Source: Candidatus Falkowbacteria bacterium (GTDB taxonomy: Bacteria; Patescibacteriota; Patescibacteriia; UBA11705; JACRDX01). Taken from it: a stretch of 64,000 nt of DNA. Below are positions 49,398-57,068 of the stretch, piece after piece. The notes below the pieces were generated by a model. That model was given only the letters and a program-made list of their open reading frames with translations, had not been told where the DNA came from and did not search any database. The number at the start of each line of letters is the position of its first letter. Within the stretch, counting starts at the first letter, position 1. The position numbers were made by a program, and so were the translations under genes. The stretch is taken from NCBI GenBank assembly GCA_043798985.1, contig JAZDOE010000018.1, positions 8,057-72,056 of the forward strand, written 5' to 3'.

Positions 49398-49455
49398 GGG
49401 TTCTCGCCCTTCGGGCGACCACCCGCAGGGTGGGACACCCCTTGGCGGTACCAAA
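49398..49455 (+). pseudogene. tRNA 3'-end-like fragment carrying a 30-bp double hairpin in the T loop
   Basis: gggttc[tcgcccttcgggcga ccacccgcagggtgg]gacaccccttggcggtacca; cggtaccaaa is repeated from 49387-49396. Confidence 0.65.
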
Positions 49456-49627
49456 AATACAGAAATCTCATCGGTTTCTTTTTTTGTTAGTTTAGGCTAA
49501 TTTTGCTTATTTTTTTATTAAGCTTGCTATATTTTTATAATTATGCTAAGTTGAATTGTTCTTCACTAGAACTGTTGTTTGGATATTCCAAACAGCAAAA
49601 GCTCTTTTGACAGCAAGGGGGATAGAG

Positions 49628-50164
49628 ATGGAAAAGCTTGACTTCACGCAAGTCGAAATCGGCCACTGGTCAGTGAAAGTGGATCTTGATGTTGCAATGG
49701 CTCACTTCGCATTTCTCACCGAGACTTTGCAGTGGGTGCAAAAACACGGACAGGAGATGATAGCAAGGCTGGCGAATCTCAGCTATGAAGAGTGGATAGC
49801 GCTTCTTGAGAAGGCCGTTTATCTGTGGCGAGACATTCCCAGATCACGTTCTGTCAGTGCGTTTTTCGTCGCAGTTATTGAGCGAGGCATCACTGACTTG
49901 ATTCCTCTCGCAGTTTCTAAGAATAACGAAGCGCTGGCAACAGCGTGGTTCCACTCGATTGCTTATCAGCTTCAACCAGGTGCGAGACTTGGCATCGGAG
50001 CAGATACTTGCGGCGATGATAAGAGTCGGGAGCTCATTGAGCGCCTTGCTCGCGTCGCGCAAATACTCACGGCCGAACATCTCCTTGAAAGCTTGTCATC
50101 AAGTCGTTGCCCCGGAGATAGTTCTGCGCAGAAGCTTTTTGTCAAGCACTTCACGAATTGGTAG
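49628..50164 (+). CDS. Orphan hypothetical protein
   Basis: ATG preceded by AAGGGGG, followed by a terminator; codon style differs from neighbours. Confidence 0.65.
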   Translation: MEKLDFTQVEIGHWSVKVDLDVAMAHFAFLTETLQWVQKHGQEMIARLANLSYEEWIALLEKAVYLWRDIPRSRSVSAFFVAVIERGITDLIPLAVSKNNEALATAWFHSIAYQLQPGARLGIGADTCGDDKSRELIERLARVAQILTAEHLLESLSSSRCPGDSSAQKLFVKHFTNW

Positions 50165-50189
50165 TTGACTCGCTAACGCGCAATTCTAA

Positions 50190-50226
50190 CCCCTTGCGGA
50201 CAAACCGTCTGCGAGGGGATTTTTTT
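50190..50226 (+). terminator. Intrinsic terminator
   Basis: ccccttgcggac-aaacc-gtctgcgagggg followed by a T run. Confidence 0.8.
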
Positions 50227-50332
50227 GGTTATTGACTTTTAATAAAAAACGTGCAAATATTATTACAGATTCAGCGGAAATACCGCGGAACCTTAACAAC
50301 CTCAGATTGTCCCATGGGGACAGGAGGGTCGC

Positions 50333-51097
50333 ATGAGAAAGGATGGAGCGTTCAGGGCATTGCTTGACTTTGCCAGAGAGAACCCTGATTGTCTTAGCAA
50401 TCAAGTCGATGAAATGGCCGAGGCAATCATCATTGCGCTTGCTGATGGAGGAATGCATCCTCGCCAGCTTTTCGCTCGCGTATTGAATTCTACTGATCCG
50501 AACTTTCTTTTCGCTGTCGTGTACAACAAACTGGCGCAAGACGAAGCCAAACGGCTGGAACTTCTTGACGCGGTAGTGACCGCAGATGAAATGATTTGGC
50601 ACGACGCAATTCTCAACGCCAAAACCGTGGCAAACAAGTTCGCGCGCGCGGAAGACTTTGAACACCTGCTCAAAAATCACCGCGACGCGCTCTTGTATCA
50701 GCGCGACGAACGTCCGTTGTTCTTGTTTGTTCCCTCCGATGAATACTGGCGCAAACGTGTGCGGTGGTACATTGCGAAGAGAGATTGGCGGCGCGCGTGG
50801 GACGAATTCCGCAAGGCGCGCCGCGGATTTTTCAACGGACCGAAAGAAGAAGCCCCGCGGTTTGGGAAGATTGACATGACGTGGTATTGCTACGAAGCTT
50901 CGAAGGAGACGCTTGTCGCACTGATACGCGAGCTTTTCAATGGCATGGTCTCTCGTGGCGTCTTTGCGAAGCTCATCGATTCAGAGTGCGTCCCCAGCGT
51001 TGAAGGTGCGATGGCTATCAAGCTTACCGAATACTTCCGCGAACAGCGCAACGCGCAGCGCCGGAAGAAGTGGGACGTAGCGCGGCGCAAGGTGTAG
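50333..51097 (+). CDS. Orphan hypothetical protein
   Basis: 254-aa ORF, AGGAGG RBS, GC-richer than flanks, followed by a terminator. Confidence 0.7.
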   Translation: MRKDGAFRALLDFARENPDCLSNQVDEMAEAIIIALADGGMHPRQLFARVLNSTDPNFLFAVVYNKLAQDEAKRLELLDAVVTADEMIWHDAILNAKTVANKFARAEDFEHLLKNHRDALLYQRDERPLFLFVPSDEYWRKRVRWYIAKRDWRRAWDEFRKARRGFFNGPKEEAPRFGKIDMTWYCYEASKETLVALIRELFNGMVSRGVFAKLIDSECVPSVEGAMAIKLTEYFREQRNAQRRKKWDVARRKV

Positions 51098-51118
51098 TCC
51101 GCGGACTGTGACCAACAA

Positions 51119-51150
51119 GGAGAGAGCTAAAAGTTCTCTCCGTTTTTTTT
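51119..51150 (+). terminator. Intrinsic terminator
   Basis: ggagagagc-taaaa-gttctctcc followed by T8. Confidence 0.8.
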
Positions 51151-51206
51151 AACAAACATTAACATTTCATTTTGGGGATAGTTGTGATATTATATGTCTA
51201 TAAAAT

Positions 51207-52355
51207 ATGAAAATAGCAATCAATCTTACGCGAGAAAGCGTTGGTGGCATCACATGGTCTAACATTAATTTGATTAACCATTTGTATGGTTTGGATTACG
51301 AATTCGTTGGTTTGGAATTAAACGGCAGGATGTACATGAAAGGTCCGTCTCTGTTTAGAAATTTTTCGCCTGAAATTTTTGAACATCATATTATTAACAT
51401 TCATCACTTACCGCTGATTGGCATTTTAGACAAAGCCAAAAATATTAAAGACGTTGAAGCCGCCTATAAAGAGCCGATAAAAATTATCAGGAATGTTTTG
51501 AGAGAAACAAAACCAGACATCATTTTATTAAGCGGCACATACTATATTCCTTGGCTCATATCAATAGCCGCAAAACTGGAAAAAATCCCTGTTGTATTGT
51601 GGTATTCCGGAGTCCTATCCAGAGAAACTGAAAGCCAGCCCGATCACAGAAAAAGGCTTTTCTCTGCAATGGAAAAAAGCCTTGCGTCTCGGGTGGCCAG
51701 AATTGTTTTCCCCTCACGACTCTGCAAAGATGTCGTAGAAAAGGAAGTTGTGAAACACAAAATCAAAAACAGTTACATTATACCAAACCCGGTTTCAAGC
51801 ATTTTTACAGAACATTGCGCCGTAGAATATTCGCTTGTGCGCAGAATCGCGGCGGTTGGCCGTTATTCAAAGGTAAAAAATTTTGATTCATTTTTCGCGT
51901 TGCACAAAGAACTTTTGCGACGCAAATGGCGGCATAGCGCCTGTTTCGTCACCAATCCTGATGCGCGCATTAAAAAACTTCCAAAGGCAATTGAAGTTCT
52001 TCCGCCAATGACCCCTGATGGTTTAAAAAAATTTTATATTTCTCAAGGTTTAATAGTTTGTCCATCAACATTTGAAACTTTCGGGAATGTTCCGATGGAA
52101 GCCGCTTGTCTCGGCGTTCCAGTATTGGTGAGCGACAAAATGGGCTGCGCGGAAATACTAAAAAAAGTTGGTCTTGAAAACATGGTAATATCATTTGATG
52201 ATATTGGCAAAGTGGCTGACCGCGCGCAACAGTTATGCGGTCAATCAATACTGCCCCAACAATTAAATGCGCTTAAAAGAATCTTAGATAACCATTTAAT
52301 AAGCGAAGAAATTAATGCTGTACTGCTCAATGTAATCAAGCGCTCCGTGAATTGA
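51207..52355 (+). CDS. GT4 glycosyltransferase
   Basis: IIPNPV, VGRY..VKN, ETFGNVPMEAACLGVPV. Confidence 0.85.
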   Translation: MKIAINLTRESVGGITWSNINLINHLYGLDYEFVGLELNGRMYMKGPSLFRNFSPEIFEHHIINIHHLPLIGILDKAKNIKDVEAAYKEPIKIIRNVLRETKPDIILLSGTYYIPWLISIAAKLEKIPVVLWYSGVLSRETESQPDHRKRLFSAMEKSLASRVARIVFPSRLCKDVVEKEVVKHKIKNSYIIPNPVSSIFTEHCAVEYSLVRRIAAVGRYSKVKNFDSFFALHKELLRRKWRHSACFVTNPDARIKKLPKAIEVLPPMTPDGLKKFYISQGLIVCPSTFETFGNVPMEAACLGVPVLVSDKMGCAEILKKVGLENMVISFDDIGKVADRAQQLCGQSILPQQLNALKRILDNHLISEEINAVLLNVIKRSVN

Positions 52356-52380
52356 CTTTGCGTTGTTAGCGCGCTATACT
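52352..52380 (+). promoter_or_regulatory. Sigma70-like promoter
   Basis: TTGACT-17 nt-TATACT. Confidence 0.6.
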
Positions 52381-52405
52381 GAACTAAGATAAATAACTAA
52401 AATTT

Positions 52406-52564
52406 ATGTTTGGATTTTTTGAAAAACAAGCTACTGAAAAGGCGGGGTTCACGAGTCAAGAAAGCGCAAGATTAAAAGAGAGTTGTAAAACGCCAGAGCA
52501 AACAACTACTGCCGAACTTTTTGGCGCAAGCTCCGAGTTCCTAGAGAAACGCTTACGCGCTTAA
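52406..52564 (+). CDS. Small hypothetical protein (52 aa, MFGFFEKQAT...LEKRLRA)
   Basis: ORF below the track cutoff, directly downstream of a consensus promoter. Confidence 0.5.
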   Translation: MFGFFEKQATEKAGFTSQESARLKESCKTPEQTTTAELFGASSEFLEKRLRA

Positions 52565-52621
52565 TTTAATATTTGCAGATTCGTAACATTTGTAAGATTC
52601 GTAGGTTCGTAGCCATAACTT

Positions 52622-52897
52622 ATGACAAAAATTGAACAAATTGACATTATAATCGCGAAACTTGATGTTGATATAAAAGATGAATCAAAAACACTGATGG
52701 CTGATTTTTTTCGGTCAATTCAGGACCAGCCGCTTTTTGACAAAATGGTTGACCTGCTCAACCGATTCCCGTCGGTTTTAGATAATTTTGCCAAATGTTT
52801 TCAGGATAAAATCGGGTTTTTCAAAAGCAATGGCGCTGATACTGATTGGCAAAAAATCATTGATGTTGAAAAACAAGCGATAGAGAATATTCAATGA
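52622..52897 (+). CDS. Hypothetical protein
   Basis: 91-aa ORF with normal codon style. Confidence 0.65.
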   Translation: MTKIEQIDIIIAKLDVDIKDESKTLMADFFRSIQDQPLFDKMVDLLNRFPSVLDNFAKCFQDKIGFFKSNGADTDWQKIIDVEKQAIENIQ

Positions 52898-53004
52898 ATT
52901 GAGTGGGTTGTTTATCTCGCTATCATTTACCCACCAAAAGCTTACGCATTTAGGTGGGTTGTTTTTTTACTTAGAAAAACAAAGTTATCCACACTTGCTG
53001 TTCT

Positions 53005-53031
53005 TGTTCGCTTTTTGTTCGGTGGTATAAT
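53005..53031 (+). promoter_or_regulatory. lexA promoter with a GTTC-N7-GTTC direct repeat (candidate SOS box)
   Basis: tGTTCgctttttGTTCg at 53005-53021 just upstream of TGGTATAAT. Confidence 0.5.
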
Positions 53032-53039
53032 AGTAATAT

Positions 53040-53651
53040 ATGAATAAAGCTATCCTAACAAAAAGACAGGCCGAACTGTTGAACTTCGTCAAAACTTTTC
53101 AGAAAGATTATGGTTATTCACCGAGCTACCGCGAAATCGGACAAGGACTTGGATTAAAATCAACCGCGACTGTTGCCGGTCATTTGCAAACCTTAAAAAA
53201 GAAGGCGTATTTGAAATTTTTTGAAAATGAAAATCGCTCTATTGAACTGACGCACAAATCGTTCTGCCTCGGTAAAACCATGGACTTACCGCTTGTGGGG
53301 CTAATCACTGCTGGCGAGCCGATTGAGGCCATAGAAGATAGGGAGATGTTTGCTGTGCCAGCGGCATTGATTCGGGACGAAAACAGCTTTGTTTTGAAGG
53401 TAAAGGGCAGTTCAATGATTGATGAGGGGATTTGGGATGGCGATTATGTTGTGGTTGAGCGAAATCACTACCCTAAAAATGGTGATATTGTCGTCGCTTT
53501 ATTGAGCAATGCTTATGCCACGCTTAAAAAATTCTATCGCGAAAAAAACGCGATAAGACTTCAGCCGGCAAATCCGCTAATGCAACCAATTTATTGCAAA
53601 GACGTTGCAATCCGCGGAATTGTCCGCGCAATCATCAGAAAATTCGCGTAA
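53040..53651 (+). CDS. lexA: SOS repressor LexA
   Basis: LTKRQ, PSYREI, AG.P cleavage site, GSSM catalytic Ser, TLKK. Confidence 0.95.
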   Translation: MNKAILTKRQAELLNFVKTFQKDYGYSPSYREIGQGLGLKSTATVAGHLQTLKKKAYLKFFENENRSIELTHKSFCLGKTMDLPLVGLITAGEPIEAIEDREMFAVPAALIRDENSFVLKVKGSSMIDEGIWDGDYVVVERNHYPKNGDIVVALLSNAYATLKKFYREKNAIRLQPANPLMQPIYCKDVAIRGIVRAIIRKFA

Positions 53652-53702
53652 ACTTATTTTATTTGCGGCGATGTTGTAAATTTGTTATACTGGCATAACA
53701 AC

Positions 53703-54865
53703 ATGGCACTAATATCCATTGAAAAAATGCCAGATTTGAATAGCCGAATTGTTTTAGTTCGCTGCGATTTTAATATCAACCTAACTGCTAAAAAACAACT
53801 ATTGGACACGACAAAAATAATTCGCAGCTACAAAACAATAAATTATTTATTGAACAAAGGCGCGAAAGTTGTTATCATTTCGCACCTTGGCAGACCAACG
53901 CGAAAAGATGCAAAGCTTTCGTTGCGGCCGATTTATAATTTTCTTAAAAAAGATTTTCCAACGGCAAGGTTTATTGAACGATCTGTTTTAACAATCAGCG
54001 AAAAACCTGTAAATGGCGATTTATTTTTGCTGGAAAACATTCGTTTTTACAAAGGCGAATGGAAAATGACGCAAAATTCGCGAAGCATCTTGCCACATTG
54101 GCGGATTTTTACGTGAATGAAGCATTTAGCGCGTCGCACAGAAAACACGCTTCGCTCGCGGCAATCACAAAATATCTAAAACCATTTCATGGTTTTAATT
54201 TTATTGAAGAAGTTTCAACGTTAAAAAATCTGAAAATTAAAAAGCCAGCGCTGCTCATTCTCGGCGGGCTGAAAGTTGATGACAAATTGCCAATGATAGA
54301 AAAATTGGCGCCAAAATTTTCAAATATTTTACTTGCTGGTGGATGCTCGTTTTTATTTTATAAAAAATTAGGAATTAACGTTGGCGCATCCAAAATTGAT
54401 AAAGCAGCGCTGGCCTGCCTCGCCGGCGGGCAGGCTTCAACGTCGCTGCGACGTTTGTTAAAAAATAAAAAGATATTATTGCCGATTGATTTGATTGTCG
54501 CGAACGCGAAGACGCTGAAGAAGGCTAGGAATGTAGCTTGTAGCAGGGTAGGTTGTGGGATAGAAAAAGGTGAAGCGATTTTTGATGTTGGCCCTCGCAC
54601 AATTTTAAAATGGTCAGAACTTATAAAAAAAGCGCGGACAATAATCTGGCTCGGGCCAGTTGGTTATGTTGATCACAAACAATTCAGTCACGCGAGCGCG
54701 ATGCTGGCGAAAATTATTGGCAGCCGCGCGAGCGGACGAGCCGTTGGAATCGTTGGCGGCGGAGAAACATTGTATTCGGTGAACAAATCCGGCATGGCAA
54801 AATATTTTGATTACATTTCAACCGGCGGCGGCGCTACTTTAAAATTTTTGAGTGAAAAGGAGTGA
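53703..54865 (+). CDS. pgk: Phosphoglycerate kinase, split by a 1-nt frameshift at ~54059
   Basis: RCDFN, SHLGRP, LLENIRF in the first ORF; NEAFSASHR.HAS, GGLKV.DK, DVGP, GGGET, STGGGA in the second. Confidence 0.88.
54413..54435. repeat. In-frame palindromic insert in pgk
   Basis: gcctgcc-t-cgccggcg-ggcaggc; encodes ACLAGGQA. Confidence 0.8.
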
Positions 54866-54873
54866 GACAATTC

Positions 54874-54965
54874 TGTCATTTCGACCCTGTTTAGCGGGGG
54901 AGAAATCCCTCGTAAAAGGCATTTGCCAAGGGATTCCTCACCCTTTCCAAGGGTTCGGAATGACA
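54874..54965. repeat. 92-bp intergenic element with TGTCAT...ATGACA terminal inverted repeats
   Basis: tgtcatttcgaccc...gggttcggaatgaca, with internal gagaaatccct/agggattcctc arms. Confidence 0.8.
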
Positions 54966-55017
54966 TCAACGCATCCTTAACAAAAACCAACCATTAAACA
55001 ATAAAATTTTAAAACGT

Positions 55018-55806
55018 ATGTGTGAAACAAACAACTCAACTTGCTCATGCAAAATGTGGGCGCACAGAATAGGGAGCATTATTTTGGCGGTTTTGGCGAT
55101 TTGTTTATCATTATTTTTGATATTACAAGCGCGCAATTTAATAAAAGCTTACAATTACATTGGCAAATCCGAACAAACTCCAAACGTGGTGACCATCAGC
55201 GCAGAAGGCAAAGTGACGGCCGTTCCAAATGTCGCGACAGTTCAAATCAGCACAACCACAACAAGGGTGACAGTTGCTGACGCGCAAGCTGAAAACACGA
55301 AAAAGATGAATGACCTGATCGCAGGCGTTAAAAAAGAAGGAGTTGCTGACAAAGACATAAAAACAAGCGACTATTCAATTTATCCGCAATATGACTGGAA
55401 TGGCAACAAAAATGTTTTGTCCGGATATACTGTTAATCAAACATTGACTTTGAAAATCAGAGACACGAAAAAAATAAACGCGATCTTAAAATTGGCTGGC
55501 GAAAAGGGCGCGAACAGCATTAGCAATTTGAATTTTGAAATTGATGATCAGGACGCGCTAAAAGAGCAAGCTCGTGAAAAAGCGATTGTGAACGCGAAAG
55601 CAAAAGCAGAGACACTGGCAAAATCTCTTGGCGTTAAATTGGATAAAATAATTTCGTTTTCAGAATCAACTGATATGCCGGTTTACATCGGCTATTCAAA
55701 ATACGCGGAAGGCGGTGGAATGGGCGGCGGGGGAGCATCACCAAACATTCAAACAGGTGAAAACGAAATCAAGGTTTTCGTGAATATCACGTACGAAATT
55801 TTATAA
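55018..55806 (+). CDS. SIMPL (DUF541) domain protein
   Basis: TISAEGKV...P, DIKT..YSIYPQY, A..NAKAKA..LA, GE...V.V.ITY. Confidence 0.9.
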   Translation: MCETNNSTCSCKMWAHRIGSIILAVLAICLSLFLILQARNLIKAYNYIGKSEQTPNVVTISAEGKVTAVPNVATVQISTTTTRVTVADAQAENTKKMNDLIAGVKKEGVADKDIKTSDYSIYPQYDWNGNKNVLSGYTVNQTLTLKIRDTKKINAILKLAGEKGANSISNLNFEIDDQDALKEQAREKAIVNAKAKAETLAKSLGVKLDKIISFSESTDMPVYIGYSKYAEGGGMGGGGASPNIQTGENEIKVFVNITYEIL

Positions 55807-55808
55807 AT

Positions 55809-57065
55809 ATGAAAATAGCGAAAATTTGGGCGCAGGAAATTTTAGATTCGCGCGGCAATCCGACTGTTGAAGCTTTTGTTAAACTTGAAAACAAAATGAT
55901 TGCCAGCGCGAGTGTGCCGTCCGGCGCGTCAACCGGCGTTCACGAAGCATTGGAATTGCGCGATAATGACAAAAAACGCTATGGCGGCAAAGGCGTTTTG
56001 ATTGCCGTGAAAAATATTGAAGAAAAAATCGCGCCGGAATTAAAAGGAATTAACGTCACACATCAGAGAACCGTTGACGCGCTCATGTTAAAATTGGACG
56101 CGACCAAAAACAAATCAAAATTAGGCGCCAACGCAATTCTAGCGGTTTCGCTAGCATGTTGTCGCGTTGGCGCGGCCAGCCTTAATTTGCCGCTATACAA
56201 ATATATCCGCGCGACCTATGGCTTAAAAGAGCGCGGATGGAAATTTCCAATTCCAACGATGAACATTATCAATGGCGGCAAACACGCGGACAATTCGCTT
56301 ACTGTTCAGGAATTTATGATTGCTCCGATTGCCAAAACTTTTACAAAAAGAATGCAAATCGGCGATGAGGTTTTTCAGACGTTGAAAAAATTATTGAAAG
56401 AAGCTGGCCAGCAAACATTGGTTGGCGACGAAGGCGGCTTTGCCCCTAACCTCAAGAAAAACGAGAATGCACTTGATTTTATTATCACAGCAATAAAATC
56501 AGCTGGTTACAAACCCGGTAAAGATGTTTTTTGCTGCGTTGATTTGGCGCTGTCTGAATATTTTGACAAAAAAACCAACAGCTACTCGTTAAACGACAAG
56601 TTAGGTAAAAAATTTATTTCCGCTGACGCTGTAATCAAAACAATTAGCGCGTGGACTAAAAAATATCCGATTTTGTCACTTGAAGATCCGCTCGCAGAAG
56701 ATGATTGGGACAATTGGCAAAAATTAACAAAAAAACTTGGCAAAAAAGTGACGCTGGTCGGCGACGATTTGTTTGTCACAAACACACAACGTTTACAAAA
56801 AGGCATTGACGCGAAAATCGCCAACGCGATTTTAATCAAACTCAATCAAATCGGCACGCTTTCTGAAACCATTGATGCCATTTATCTTGCGAAAAAGAAT
56901 AATTACAAAGTAAGCGTTTCGCATCGCTCTGGCGAAACGTGCGACACATTTATCGCAGATTTGGCGCTGGCAGTGAACGCTGATTTTATAAAAGCTGGCT
57001 CTTTGTCGCGCTCCGAAAGACTTTGCAAATATAACAGACTACTAGAAATAGAGAATGAATTATAA
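55809..57065 (+). CDS. eno: Enolase
   Basis: DSRGNPTVE, VPSGASTG.HEA.ELRD, GDEGGFAP, SHRSGET. Confidence 0.97.
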   Translation: MKIAKIWAQEILDSRGNPTVEAFVKLENKMIASASVPSGASTGVHEALELRDNDKKRYGGKGVLIAVKNIEEKIAPELKGINVTHQRTVDALMLKLDATKNKSKLGANAILAVSLACCRVGAASLNLPLYKYIRATYGLKERGWKFPIPTMNIINGGKHADNSLTVQEFMIAPIAKTFTKRMQIGDEVFQTLKKLLKEAGQQTLVGDEGGFAPNLKKNENALDFIITAIKSAGYKPGKDVFCCVDLALSEYFDKKTNSYSLNDKLGKKFISADAVIKTISAWTKKYPILSLEDPLAEDDWDNWQKLTKKLGKKVTLVGDDLFVTNTQRLQKGIDAKIANAILIKLNQIGTLSETIDAIYLAKKNNYKVSVSHRSGETCDTFIADLALAVNADFIKAGSLSRSERLCKYNRLLEIENEL

Positions 57066-57068
57066 TTT

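Noticed and set aside
49456-51150. Prophage or integrative element at tRNA-Glu
   Set aside because: No integrase, phage genes or distal att repeat is visible.
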